64,000 nucleotides of DNA from Candidatus Methylacidiphilales bacterium (GTDB lineage Bacteria; Pseudomonadota; Gammaproteobacteria; JASGCS01). Positions 20,537 through 30,722 of the stretch are shown here, one piece after another. The stretch spans positions 270,280 through 334,279 of the forward strand of contig JASGCS010000001.1 in NCBI GenBank assembly GCA_030054035.1, given 5' to 3'. A model generated the notes under the pieces. It was not told the origin of the DNA. It saw only the letters and a program-made list of their open reading frames with translations, and searched no databases. A program made the translations under genes and the position numbers. The first letter of the stretch is position 1. Each line of letters starts with the position of its first letter.

Positions 20537-23146
20537 TTAATTATGTATATTAATTATCCAAGATTTACAATATTCTACCGCATCTTTGAAAGCGCTAATT
20601 TTTTCACACCCAAGTTGAGATAAGTTCTGCCTTCCACCACCTTTAGCATCAAGTATAGTAAATAATTTTTTTGCAATCACATCGGCAGAATATTTTATAG
20701 AAATCACTCGAGAAACAGAAATAACCACTATCCCATTTTCATTTTGTGGCTCTGAAACAGCGAGTATGGCAAACACATTGTTCTCCTTAGATACTAAAAT
20801 CTCAGCTAATAGTTTTAATTTATCAACGCTATAAGAGCCTAGGTGCGCCGCTACAAATTTGACTGTTCTGATTGATTCAGCTCTAATGAATAGTTCATTA
20901 GCTAATTGTTGAGTTGTTTTTAAAGTTAATTCTTTATTTTCGATTTCAATTTTCTTTTGTTTTTCAAGAAGCGTTATAATTTTGTTCGGAAGTTCTGTAA
21001 CTGCGCATGAGCAAGAAAAGGCAAGCTCTTGAAGGATTTTTTTTTGTAGTTGATACTGATCATAAAACGCTGCCATAGCAACTCCTGTAATCCTTCGCAC
21101 ACCTTGCGCAACTGCAGTTTCATCAAGTATTGTAAAACACCCAATCTCGCCAGTAGTTTTTACATGGGTACCGCCACATAACTCAATAGAAGGTCCGATA
21201 GTATGCACACGAACTTGTTCTTGGTATTTTTCACCAAAAAGCGCAATTGCGCCATTTGCGATAGCAGATTTAGGCGTAGTGATTTCCATAATAGTGGGGC
21301 TATTTTTTTCGATTTCTTCATTGACGACTGATTCGACTTCTAACAAAGCTTGTTTACTGACCGGTCCATCATGCGAAAAATCAAAGCGAGTATAACGATC
21401 AGTTACTAACGACCCTTTTTGAACTGTATCAGTCCCTAAAACAGTGCGTAGCGCGTAATGTAATAAATGTGTTACAGAATGGTGGGCAGTTGTTCTGGCT
21501 CTTACTTTTCTATCAATTATCGCTTTACCAGTAGATCCTATGACTAGCTCAGCTGGTCCGTGATAATATCCAGAATGCATGAGCAACGAACCATGTGCAA
21601 CACAATGAGATACTGAAAAAACTCCTTGTTGAAAAAGTATTTCACCTTGATCCGCAGCTTGCCCACCAGATTCTGGATAAAACGGAGTTTTATCCAGAAC
21701 GATAGTTGCATACGACTTTGGATGTAACTCACTAACCTGTTCATTGTCAACAAGAATAGTCAATAGAGCAACCGATTGCACTTCAGTAGATTGATAACCT
21801 ACAAACTCTGTCGGTACAATATCTTGAACCAAAAAAGATTGCGGGGCTTTAAAGTGTGAGCTTTTTTTACCTCTTTGTTTTTGTGCTTCCATGTACGCAT
21901 TAAATGACTCCATGTCAAGATTAATATTACGTTCTTTTGAAAGATCCTTTATTATATCTACAGGAAAACCATAGGTATCATAAAGCTTAAACACATTTTC
22001 TCCACTTAATGTATTTGAACTTAATTGCTGGATAGATTGTTCATAATGCTTCAGCCCTCTTTCAAGCGTAGATAAAAATCTCTCCTCTTCCCTTTTAATA
22101 ACGGAAATGACGCCATGTGTTCTAACCTGATTATAAACTTGGTCTTGAAGAGATAAAACGGGTAGTACTAATGAGTGTAACATTGGATCTCGAGCGCCTA
22201 ACTCATAACAATATCGAAATGCCCTTCGAATAATGCGACGTAAAACATAGCCCTTACCTTCATTTGAAGGTTGCACATCATCAAGTAATAAATACACCAT
22301 CGCTCTTGCGTGATCAGAAATTACATTCAATGCGATTTTATTTTTTTTTTCTAATGGTGAAATTGATATCGTGTCAATAATTTTATTTTTTAAAGACACA
22401 AACTCGTCAGTATCGAAATTATCCACAACCCCTTGTATGACAGATGCCAATCTTTCCAAACCCATGCCAGTATCGATTGATGGTTTTGGGAGTTTTGATC
22501 TATTACCATTTTCATTGATAAAATATTCCATAAAGACCACATTCCAAATTTCAGTAAATCTATCTAAATGAGCATCTGGACTACCAGGAGGTCCGCCTGG
22601 TACAGTTGGCCCATGATCATAGAAGATTTCCGTGCAGGGACCACAAGGACCAATATCTCCCATTTGCCAAAAATTATCGCTACTTGAAATTTTTATCAAC
22701 CGCATTGGATTAATCCCTATGTGGTTTAACCAGATTGACTCTGCTTCAGAATCATCAAAGTAGATAGTAACCCATAACTTAGACTCAGGTATCTTAAAAT
22801 AACTAGTCAGGCAATTCCATGCGTAATATATTGCTTCGCGTTTAAAATAATCTCCAAAACTAAAATTACCTAACATTTCAAAATATGTGTGATGGCGAGC
22901 GGTATAACCAACTTGCTCTAAGTCATTGTGTTTTCCCCCAGCCCTAACACAACGTTGAACAGTAGTAGCTCTTTTATGTATTGGTTTTTCCAATCCTAAA
23001 AAAATATCTTTGAATTGCACCATGCCAGAATTAGTAAACAATAATGTCTCGTCATTTTGCGGAACAAGGCTACTAGATTGAAGTAACGTGTGATCCTTAC
23101 TGACAAAATAATCAGTAAATTTTTTTCTAATTTCGTTTGTTTGCAT
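20537..23146 (-). CDS. alaS: alanine--tRNA ligase
   Basis: An 869-aa protein with class II motifs and the editing-domain HxxxH…CGGTH motif (LCGGTHV). Confidence 0.95.
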   Translation of the reverse strand: MQTNEIRKKFTDYFVSKDHTLLQSSSLVPQNDETLLFTNSGMVQFKDIFLGLEKPIHKRATTVQRCVRAGGKHNDLEQVGYTARHHTYFEMLGNFSFGDYFKREAIYYAWNCLTSYFKIPESKLWVTIYFDDSEAESIWLNHIGINPMRLIKISSSDNFWQMGDIGPCGPCTEIFYDHGPTVPGGPPGSPDAHLDRFTEIWNVVFMEYFINENGNRSKLPKPSIDTGMGLERLASVIQGVVDNFDTDEFVSLKNKIIDTISISPLEKKNKIALNVISDHARAMVYLLLDDVQPSNEGKGYVLRRIIRRAFRYCYELGARDPMLHSLVLPVLSLQDQVYNQVRTHGVISVIKREEERFLSTLERGLKHYEQSIQQLSSNTLSGENVFKLYDTYGFPVDIIKDLSKERNINLDMESFNAYMEAQKQRGKKSSHFKAPQSFLVQDIVPTEFVGYQSTEVQSVALLTILVDNEQVSELHPKSYATIVLDKTPFYPESGGQAADQGEILFQQGVFSVSHCVAHGSLLMHSGYYHGPAELVIGSTGKAIIDRKVRARTTAHHSVTHLLHYALRTVLGTDTVQKGSLVTDRYTRFDFSHDGPVSKQALLEVESVVNEEIEKNSPTIMEITTPKSAIANGAIALFGEKYQEQVRVHTIGPSIELCGGTHVKTTGEIGCFTILDETAVAQGVRRITGVAMAAFYDQYQLQKKILQELAFSCSCAVTELPNKIITLLEKQKKIEIENKELTLKTTQQLANELFIRAESIRTVKFVAAHLGSYSVDKLKLLAEILVSKENNVFAILAVSEPQNENGIVVISVSRVISIKYSADVIAKKLFTILDAKGGGRQNLSQLGCEKISAFKDAVEYCKSWIINIHN

Positions 23147-23160
23147 AAGTTAAAAACTCT

Positions 23161-23652
23161 TCAAGAAAGGCTACTACTGCTAGTGACATATTCAAAATCA
23201 GATTTACCAAACCCTCTAGATATTATATAACGGTACAATTTTGCTCGATGAGTATAATTCGTAGATGCATTTTGAATCATTTTTGCAAAAACCGATCTGG
23301 TCTGCGCCATAGTATCTAATACATCGTGCCAATGGATTTGATTAATATGATCTACAGCGATTTGTTTTGAAATCCCTCTTTGCAATAGTTCTCCATAAAT
23401 TTTTTTCGGACCAAAACCTTTTCTAATTCTTGACTGAACATACATCATTGAATACTGCGTATCATTTAAAAAATTTAATGAGGTGCATTTTTCAATGACT
23501 TGGCTAACTTCACCATCAGGGTAGCCGCGATGGGTCAACTTTCTTGAAAGAGTAACGCTTGTATACATTTGTTTGGAGAGTAATGCTTGCGCATAATCAA
23601 AACAAGTTCTGCGGCTAGTGTTTTTATTCTGGACTTGCTTCCGAAATGTCAT
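23161..23652 (-). CDS. recX: recombination regulator RecX
   Basis: It has RecX-like helical repeats and sits immediately downstream of recA, overlapping it. Confidence 0.8.
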   Translation of the reverse strand: MTFRKQVQNKNTSRRTCFDYAQALLSKQMYTSVTLSRKLTHRGYPDGEVSQVIEKCTSLNFLNDTQYSMMYVQSRIRKGFGPKKIYGELLQRGISKQIAVDHINQIHWHDVLDTMAQTRSVFAKMIQNASTNYTHRAKLYRYIISRGFGKSDFEYVTSSSSLS

Positions 23653-24703
23653 CTACAGGAGGTTGATTAGTAACTGAGTGATTTTTGACTTGTTTATTTA
23701 ATTCCCTAATTTTTTTCTCAAGTTCCTCACATTCTTTAGGGTGCTCCTTTAACCATTGTCTTGCTTGTTCTTTTCCTTGTCCTATTTTTTGATTTTTATA
23801 AGAGAACCAAGAGCCGGCTTTATCAATTAATTCGCGTGTAACACCTAGTTCCAGTATCTCACCTTCTAAAGAGCAGCCAATTCCGTAAAGTATATCAAAC
23901 CGCGCTTCGGTAAAAGGAGGAGCGACTTTATTTTTAACAACCTTAACTTTAGTCTCACTTCCAATCACTTCATCACCTTGCTTGATTGACCCTACCCTTC
24001 TTATATCCAATCGTACTGAAGAATAAAATTTAAGCGCATTTCCTCCTGTCGTGGTTTCAGGATTGCCAAAAAGAACTCCTATTTTCATTCTGATTTGATT
24101 AATGAAGATAACGAGTGTGTTTGAGCGATTAATATTTGCAGTGAGTTTTCTTAGTGCTTGAGACATTAAGCGAGCCTGCAATCCCATATGTGAATCACCC
24201 ATCTCACCTTCAATTTCAGCTTTTGGTGTCAGTGCAGCCACAGAATCAACAACAACAACATCAACAGAGCATGAGCTCACTAGCATATTTGCAATTTCTA
24301 ATGCTTGCTCTCCAGTATCAGGTTGGGAAACTACTAGATCCTCAACTTTAACTCCCAACTTTGAAGCATATTGAATATCCAATGCGTGCTCAGCATCAAT
24401 AAAGGCAGCGGCACCACCGCATTTTTGACATTGTGCTATTACCTGCAGGGATAATGTTGTTTTTCCAGAAGACTCTGGGCCAAATATTTCCACAACCCTT
24501 CCCCGAGGCAACCCACCAATTCCTAAAGCTAAATCTAATGTAAGTGAGCCAGTAGATATGGTCTGAATATCTGTATCAATTTTATCATCCCCCATACGCA
24601 TAATTGAGCCTTTACCAAATTGTTTTTCAATCTGACCAATAGCATTGGTCAAAGCTTTTAATTTTTCATTCTGTATTTTTGAGTTATTTTTTGGTTCTGC
24701 CAT
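23624..24703 (-). CDS. recA: recombinase RecA
   Basis: Walker [10 protein letters not shown], and the L1/L2 loop regions are conserved. 359 aa. Confidence 0.97.
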   Translation of the reverse strand: MAEPKNNSKIQNEKLKALTNAIGQIEKQFGKGSIMRMGDDKIDTDIQTISTGSLTLDLALGIGGLPRGRVVEIFGPESSGKTTLSLQVIAQCQKCGGAAAFIDAEHALDIQYASKLGVKVEDLVVSQPDTGEQALEIANMLVSSCSVDVVVVDSVAALTPKAEIEGEMGDSHMGLQARLMSQALRKLTANINRSNTLVIFINQIRMKIGVLFGNPETTTGGNALKFYSSVRLDIRRVGSIKQGDEVIGSETKVKVVKNKVAPPFTEARFDILYGIGCSLEGEILELGVTRELIDKAGSWFSYKNQKIGQGKEQARQWLKEHPKECEELEKKIRELNKQVKNHSVTNQPPVDDISEASPE

Positions 24704-24784
24704 TATCTGCTCCTATCATTATTAATAATTACTAGTTTACCTTACTAAAGAAATAAAAAATAAAAAATCAGAAAATGCAAATAT

Positions 24785-25120
24785 TTATTGCACTGAAGTA
24801 TTTTTTAATTCTTGTTGTAGTGTTTCTAATTTCTTTTTGATTTTGATTTTTTCTTGTTCAGTATTTTTTAATTCTATTTCATATTTTTCAATAGTTTTCT
24901 TTAATGCTTGAATTTCTTTTGTTTTTTCAGCAATTAATTTTTTATCATGGTTAGAGACTTCTTTTATTGGATCAGGAACAGTACTTGGAGTAGGCTGCTG
25001 ACTTTTTTTCAATTGAGCTTCGCTCTTTGGCGTATTGCCTTCTTTTGAGCCCTGAATTTCAGAGTATGAAATACTAACTATAGAAAATACAAGTAAAATA
25101 GTGATATATAATTGAACCAT
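24785..25120 (-). CDS. hypothetical small exported coiled-coil protein
   Basis: An N-terminal signal peptide is followed by Lys/Glu-rich heptad-like sequence. 111 aa. Confidence 0.45.
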   Translation of the reverse strand: MVQLYITILLVFSIVSISYSEIQGSKEGNTPKSEAQLKKSQQPTPSTVPDPIKEVSNHDKKLIAEKTKEIQALKKTIEKYEIELKNTEQEKIKIKKKLETLQQELKNTSVQ

Positions 25121-25193
25121 AGCCTAGATTTTAACATGATTTCCACACATAAATTAGAATTGCTTTACGATTAGTGTTATAAGATATGAGACT

Positions 25194-26081
25194 ATGAATG
25201 TAAAGACAATACTACTGATCAGGAATCAATTTTCAGATACTAAAAATATTAATGAAAAAATAGCAGCTATTGCAAAAAAAAAGAAGATACATTGTATTGA
25301 GTCAGATCTAAGCTCTTTGAAACATATCGAAAATAAACTAGCGGTAAAAAATATAAATCAATTGGATTTAATTGTAATACTCGGTGGGGATGGCACTATG
25401 CTTTCAGTTATCAATCAACTAATACACTTATCTGTTCCTTTTACTGGAATTAACACTGGTAGATTGGGATTTTTAACCGATAGTTTTATAGGTTCATTAA
25501 GTTCATTTCTAACTAATGCTTCCAAAGGTAATTTTATATTTGATACCAGGATCGCGTTACACGCGACCATAGTTCGAAAAGGTAAAATTAATGAGGAGAT
25601 TATTGCAGTGAATGATTTCATTATTAGAAGCAATACTTTTCACATAGCAAATCTTGGTTTAACTATAAATAACGAATTTATTCACGAGGAACGAGGAGAT
25701 GGGATAGTAGTATGCACTCCAACAGGATCAACTGCATATTCTATGTCTAGTGGCGGACCTATTATTGCACCAAGTATTGATTGTCTATGTGTCACTCCAC
25801 TATCACCTCATTACCTAAGTCATCGTCCTATTGTGCTATCACCAACAACAGTAATCAAAATATCAGTACCAAAATCAGCTAGAGATGTTGATTTTAGCAA
25901 TGATGGGATTCGTATAATTAAACTGATCCAAGGAGACGAGATAATTATAAAAAAATATCCATTAGCTTTTACCTTGGCCTACCATCCTTCTTATAGTTAT
26001 TTTCAAGTATTGAAGAAAAAACTATTTTGGGGGACTAAAACAAATCTTGCAAATAAAAATGTTGGTAGAATTAAACGTTAA
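25194..26081 (+). CDS. nadK: NAD kinase
   Basis: The motifs GGDGTML and NE…DGIVVCTPTGSTAYSMSSGGPI are present. It is upstream of recN, as in E. coli. Confidence 0.9.
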   Translation: MNVKTILLIRNQFSDTKNINEKIAAIAKKKKIHCIESDLSSLKHIENKLAVKNINQLDLIVILGGDGTMLSVINQLIHLSVPFTGINTGRLGFLTDSFIGSLSSFLTNASKGNFIFDTRIALHATIVRKGKINEEIIAVNDFIIRSNTFHIANLGLTINNEFIHEERGDGIVVCTPTGSTAYSMSSGGPIIAPSIDCLCVTPLSPHYLSHRPIVLSPTTVIKISVPKSARDVDFSNDGIRIIKLIQGDEIIIKKYPLAFTLAYHPSYSYFQVLKKKLFWGTKTNLANKNVGRIKR

Positions 26082-27759
26082 AAATTTTATACTAGCAAAA
26101 GATATTACTCTTACCTTCGATCGTGGGTTAACGGTAATCACTGGAGAAACCGGTGCAGGAAAATCAATTTTAATAGACGCGCTTCAGCTTATTTTAGGGG
26201 GGCGTGCTCACGTTTCAACAATTCGTAACGGTGAACAACGTGCTGATATTCAAGCATGGTTTGAAATCGAAAATAATAATCAAATAATTGCATTATTACA
26301 TTCCTACAATATACCGCTAGAAGACAAAAACTGTATCATATCCAGAAGTATTTTTTCAGATGGTAAAAGCAAAGCGTCTATAAATGGGATAACGGTAACA
26401 AATAGTATTTTAAAATTAATAACGAACTTGCTTGTTGAAATTCATGGTCAGAATCAACATATAGCTTTTACAGAATCTTCTTTTCAAAGGTCTTTTATTG
26501 ACGAATATGGATCGATAACGGAGCTTAGGAAAGAATACGAGCAACTATTTGACCAACATGCTTTGCAAATTGAACATTTAAATCAGCTTAACAATGACCA
26601 TAAAGTATCAAATGAGAAAAAAGAATACATAGAATATTTATGCGATGAATTAAACCAATTACATTTAAAACCCAAAGAGTGGGAAGAGCTGACAAAAAAA
26701 CAGCTCGCAATTGCGAATCGTGGTGAAATTACCAGCACACTAACATTGTTACAGTCGATTTTTATTGATGATCAAAAGTCAATTACCAATCAACTTAAAA
26801 CTGCCATGCGCGCTGCCTCAAGTTCAAAATTATTTAAAAATCAATTTCCGACAATTCTTGACTTAATGGAAATAGTTAATCAAAATATTGCTGATGTGGC
26901 AGATGATCTTCGAATGAGACTTGAAGAATTTGATAATTTTGATGAACCTATTGAACTGGTAGAACAAAGGATGAGCGCTATCCATAAAATCGCTAGAAAA
27001 CTACATGTTGAACCAGAACAATTATTACAAACTCAGGATAAATTATTACAAGAATTAAATAATGTCACCAGGCAAGAAGAAACTATACATGAACTAACAT
27101 TGGTCATTTCATCTTTGCATAACAAAATGATTGAAAAAGCAAAAGCAATTTCTTTAAAAAGGATAGCAACTTGTCAAGAACTATCTAAAGCTGTTTCAAT
27201 TGTATTACCTGATGTGGCTTTACAAAATACAACTTTTACCATTGATTGTAAACAACACCATGATACTTTACAAAAATATGGAATTGACCTCGTTTCGTTT
27301 AACGCAAGTTTTAATCTTGGTAGCGTAGTTCAACCGCTTGATAAAATAGCTTCAGGTGGTGAACTGTCTAGAATAGCGCTTGCGCTTTATCTTGCTTCAA
27401 TTACTTCAAATATCAAAACTTATAACACGCACGGTACTTTATTTTTTGACGAAATTGATACGGGTATCGGCGGTGAAACCGCAACCTCAATCGGTAAGCT
27501 TTTAGCAAAACTAGCAAGGCAGCATCAAGTATTTGTAATTACCCATCACGCAATTATTGCAGCACAAGCAGAAACACAAATTACTATAGAAAAATCGATT
27601 TCTGAAAACTCAACTGAAACGATCGCAAAGGTAGTAAGTGACCAGGAGAGAATCGCTGAGCTTTCGAGAATGTTAAGCGGATCTTCAATTGCTAAAGCAA
27701 GTATAGAAAACGCTAAAGAATTATTAAAAAACGCTAAAAGTGGTAAAATAAAAAAATGA
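26059..27759 (+). CDS. recN: DNA repair protein RecN
   Basis: MLVELNVKNF…GLTVITGETGAGKSIL is the RecN N-terminus with Walker A. A coiled coil and a C-terminal signature are present. The likely start is the internal Met at 26059. Confidence 0.92.
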   Translation: MLVELNVKNFILAKDITLTFDRGLTVITGETGAGKSILIDALQLILGGRAHVSTIRNGEQRADIQAWFEIENNNQIIALLHSYNIPLEDKNCIISRSIFSDGKSKASINGITVTNSILKLITNLLVEIHGQNQHIAFTESSFQRSFIDEYGSITELRKEYEQLFDQHALQIEHLNQLNNDHKVSNEKKEYIEYLCDELNQLHLKPKEWEELTKKQLAIANRGEITSTLTLLQSIFIDDQKSITNQLKTAMRAASSSKLFKNQFPTILDLMEIVNQNIADVADDLRMRLEEFDNFDEPIELVEQRMSAIHKIARKLHVEPEQLLQTQDKLLQELNNVTRQEETIHELTLVISSLHNKMIEKAKAISLKRIATCQELSKAVSIVLPDVALQNTTFTIDCKQHHDTLQKYGIDLVSFNASFNLGSVVQPLDKIASGGELSRIALALYLASITSNIKTYNTHGTLFFDEIDTGIGGETATSIGKLLAKLARQHQVFVITHHAIIAAQAETQITIEKSISENSTETIAKVVSDQERIAELSRMLSGSSIAKASIENAKELLKNAKSGKIKK

Positions 27760-28112
27760 ATAATTTATTTTATGGTATGTTTTTGATTTTTATTGTCGCA
27801 TGCTCACCTGCGTATGTTATACCTATACAGCAAGGTAATGTAATCTACGAACCAGATGTTACTAAAATCAAGGTGGGCATGAGCAAACTTGAGGTTATTT
27901 CAGTACTTGGTGAACCTGCCATCACCCATTTTTTTAATAAAAATAATTGGACTTACATCTATCATAGTAAAACAGGCGGGCAATCTCAACTAATTGATTT
28001 ACAACAATCAAGTAATAATGAAAACAGTGCAAAATCAGCACTCATCTCTTCAGTAGAAATTAAATTTGATAACGAAATAGTTAAAAATATTTCTTACACA
28101 ATTTTACAATGA
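27756..28112 (+). CDS. bamE: outer-membrane protein assembly factor BamE (SmpA/OmlA family lipoprotein)
   Basis: A lipoprotein signal ending …VACS, a QGN…KIKVGMSK…VISVLGEP BamE-like core, and its position after recN as in E. coli. Confidence 0.7.
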   Translation: MNNLFYGMFLIFIVACSPAYVIPIQQGNVIYEPDVTKIKVGMSKLEVISVLGEPAITHFFNKNNWTYIYHSKTGGQSQLIDLQQSSNNENSAKSALISSVEIKFDNEIVKNISYTILQ

Positions 28113-28132
28113 CAATATAACCAACCATTACC

Positions 28133-28561
28133 TCAACCGTACACTTGGTAAGCCCTCTTTACAAATGAACGCACAAACTCTGTCCTGAGTTGACCAACAA
28201 ATAAAGCGCCACCAAACATCGTAGAAATTGGCGGCAACTCAACTTGTAATAAAAAATATATTTGTGTTTTATTATGTTCTAGAAACTCAAAGTTCCATTC
28301 ACCATATAGCTGAGTAAAAGTTCCATCTATCTGTTGCATAGTAATTTTGTCATGCCCATAAAAAGTATTTTTTGAGGTTACTGAAATAGAAATAAGCCCC
28401 TTTCTAAAAACCATTTTTGCGATAATGAAATCATGGTTTTCTTCAACTTGAAAAGAATCTGTGCAATAGGTCAAGAAATGTTTATAAGATGGTACATCCA
28501 TTACTAAGTCAAATACTTGTTTTTTTGAGTAAGGAACTATGACCTTTTCAGATGAATGCAT
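28133..28561 (-). CDS. SRPBCC/START-domain protein (RatA / Coq10-like)
   Basis: A 142-aa polyketide-cyclase/START-like fold pattern. It sits in the position of ratA (yfjG), opposite smpB as in E. coli. Confidence 0.6.
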   Translation of the reverse strand: MHSSEKVIVPYSKKQVFDLVMDVPSYKHFLTYCTDSFQVEENHDFIIAKMVFRKGLISISVTSKNTFYGHDKITMQQIDGTFTQLYGEWNFEFLEHNKTQIYFLLQVELPPISTMFGGALFVGQLRTEFVRSFVKRAYQVYG

Positions 28562-28570
28562 ATTTGGCGT

Positions 28571-29347
28571 TTACTCTTTGGATATGAGTGATTCAATGCT
28601 ACCAATAGGAAGATGCCTATTCAATTCAAGATCAGAATTATAATATTTTTTTAACTCATTTCTAAAATCTTCGTGGAGTGTAACCATTTCATGAGTTAAC
28701 GGAACTTTAAAAGGGCTAATTTCAAACGAAACTTGAGCTTCACTTATGCTAAAGCTATTAGATGTATTGCTATCTAACTCGATAGATAATTGTTCAGGGT
28801 TTGTTTGTAGAAAAATATATACTTGGGCAGCTAAACGAGCATCATCATAAGCATTATGCAAACCAGTCTTATCACGACTATGCGTTGGAATACCTAATCG
28901 GGCGCAAACGCTAGATAAATCATTTTTCTGATTAGGGAATTTTCTTCTACAGAGTTGAAGGGTATCAATATATTCAAGTTTCTTGAAATTTTGAGCATAG
29001 TCAGGGTGGATTCTTTCCAATTCATTAATAAATAAATTTCTATCATATTCTGCGTTATGCATAATAATAGGGCTTGAATCTATGTATTCTATAACCGTGG
29101 TTAAAATCTCACTTAAAAGTGGCTTATCTTTAATATCATTATCATAAATTCCATGTATGGCACTGGAATCTGGAGGTATAGGTATACCTGGATTTACTCT
29201 AATTAATTTAAAATCTCCACTAATACTGGAATCAAGTATTTCTAGAAGTCCAATCTCTATTATTCTATCTTGCGTTACACTTAATCCAGTAGTTTCTAAG
29301 TCTAATGAAATGAGTCTTTTGGATATATTGCCTTTAACGAATGCCAC
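28571..29347 (-). CDS. DEDDh 3'-5' exonuclease (DnaQ/epsilon-like) with ~70-aa C-terminal extension
   Basis: Exo I DLETTG, Exo II HNAEYD and Exo III HNAYDDA motifs are all present. Confidence 0.8.
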   Translation of the reverse strand: MAFVKGNISKRLISLDLETTGLSVTQDRIIEIGLLEILDSSISGDFKLIRVNPGIPIPPDSSAIHGIYDNDIKDKPLLSEILTTVIEYIDSSPIIMHNAEYDRNLFINELERIHPDYAQNFKKLEYIDTLQLCRRKFPNQKNDLSSVCARLGIPTHSRDKTGLHNAYDDARLAAQVYIFLQTNPEQLSIELDSNTSNSFSISEAQVSFEISPFKVPLTHEMVTLHEDFRNELKKYYNSDLELNRHLPIGSIESLISKE

Positions 29348-29396
29348 TGCTAGTAGTCCATATTTTTATGAAAGCATTATACAATACTATCACACT

Positions 29397-29855
29397 ATGA
29401 ACAAAATAACTAATAAAAAAGCTAGATTTGAATATGAAGTAATACAAACACTTGAATGTGGAATACATCTGTTAGGGTGGGAAGTTAAAAGCATTCGATC
29501 TTCAAAAATTAACATAGATGAAAGTTATGCCATTGTTCGAAACGAAGAACTCTATTGGCTCAATGCTCGTTGCGCTCCACTTGCGCACACCAGCATGTCA
29601 AATACAAAAGCAGATCCAGTCAGAACAAAAAAATTACTTGCACATAAAAACGAAATTGCAAAACTAATCGGATCACTGACCAAGGGATTCACGCTTATCC
29701 CATTATCATTATACGAAACAAGAGGAAAATTCAAACTAGAGTTAGGGCTAGGTAAAGGTAAAACTAACTACGACAAACGAAAGAGTATAAAAGATCGTGA
29801 ATGGAAAATTAACCAAAGAAAGATTTTACTTAACGCAAACAAAATAGTAAGATAG
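29397..29855 (+). CDS. smpB: SsrA-binding protein
   Basis: MNKITNKKARFEYEV…GWEVKSIR matches SmpB. The true start is the internal ATG at 29397; the track ORF is 5'-extended. Confidence 0.9.
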   Translation: MNKITNKKARFEYEVIQTLECGIHLLGWEVKSIRSSKINIDESYAIVRNEELYWLNARCAPLAHTSMSNTKADPVRTKKLLAHKNEIAKLIGSLTKGFTLIPLSLYETRGKFKLELGLGKGKTNYDKRKSIKDREWKINQRKILLNANKIVR

Positions 29856-29867
29856 AGATTAATTGAT

Positions 29868-30722
29868 ATGGAGAGTATTATGGAAACACAACACATTCAT
29901 CAAAAAGTAGAAGAATTATACGACGGGAGGAGTGAAATAACTAAAGATTCGGCTTTTAAAAAATCACTAGTGCCATTTTCTAACACAATACTAACTGGAC
30001 TAAACGAAGGCAAAATAAGAATTGCTGAGAAAACAAAAGATGAGTGGGTAGTAAATACCTGGGTGCAAAAAGCAATACTATTATTATTTACGATTAGAGA
30101 GTTAGAATTATCACACTTTTATTCAATGTGCTATGACAAAATTCCACTTAAATTTATTAATTACAGTGCCAGTGATTTCATAAAAGATAAAATCAGAATA
30201 GTGCCTGGAGCTATTATCAGATCTGGTTGTTATATTTCTCCTGGAGTTGTTGCGATGCCGAGCTTTGTCAACATCGGTGCTTTTATAGGAGAAAATACCA
30301 TGCTAGACACTTGGTCAACGGTTGGCTCTGGAGCTCAAGTTGGTAAAAATGTTCATCTTTCTGGTGGCGCAGGATTAGGAGGAGTGTTAGAACCAATTGG
30401 GAACAACCCAACAATTATTGAAGACGATTGTTTTATTGGCGCTCGATCAGAAATTGTTGAGGGTGTAATTATTAAAAAAGGATCGGTGTTATCCATGGGG
30501 GTTTTTATTGGTAAAAGCACTAAAATTTACGACCGAACTACAAGAACTCTTATACCCCAAGGTGAAATACCAGAATATTCAGTAGTGGTGCCTGGAACCA
30601 TTGCAAGTGCTAAACACTCTGAAGAGCAAGATTTGTGTCAACTTGGCGCAGCAATAATAATAAAAAGAGTTGATGCGCAAACTAGATCAAAAACAAGTAT
30701 AAATGAACTCTTAAGAAATTAG
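29868..30722 (+). CDS. dapD: 2,3,4,5-tetrahydropyridine-2,6-dicarboxylate N-succinyltransferase
   Basis: Near-colinear with E. coli DapD (…NIGAFIGENTMLDTWSTVGSGAQVGKNVHLSGGAGLGGVLEP…NPTIIEDDCFIGARSE…). Confidence 0.93.
   Translation: MESIMETQHIHQKVEELYDGRSEITKDSAFKKSLVPFSNTILTGLNEGKIRIAEKTKDEWVVNTWVQKAILLLFTIRELELSHFYSMCYDKIPLKFINYSASDFIKDKIRIVPGAIIRSGCYISPGVVAMPSFVNIGAFIGENTMLDTWSTVGSGAQVGKNVHLSGGAGLGGVLEPIGNNPTIIEDDCFIGARSEIVEGVIIKKGSVLSMGVFIGKSTKIYDRTTRTLIPQGEIPEYSVVVPGTIASAKHSEEQDLCQLGAAIIIKRVDAQTRSKTSINELLRN

Noticed and set aside
22339-22350. Long homopolymeric T/A runs inside alaS (about 12 nt) and msbA (9 nt at 45597-45605) as possible phase-variation tracts
   Set aside because: They are in-frame lysine codon runs in essential genes of an AT-rich genome. 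Slip-strand regulation there is implausible.
24703-24785. Searched upstream of recA for a gamma-type LexA box (CTGT-N8-ACAG)
   Set aside because: No convincing match in the 82-bp leader. The absence is not conclusive and I am not reporting a regulatory site.
29347-29397. Looked for ssrA (tmRNA) next to smpB
   Set aside because: Only a ~50-bp and a 13-bp gap flank smpB, with no room for a ~360-nt tmRNA. It must be elsewhere.
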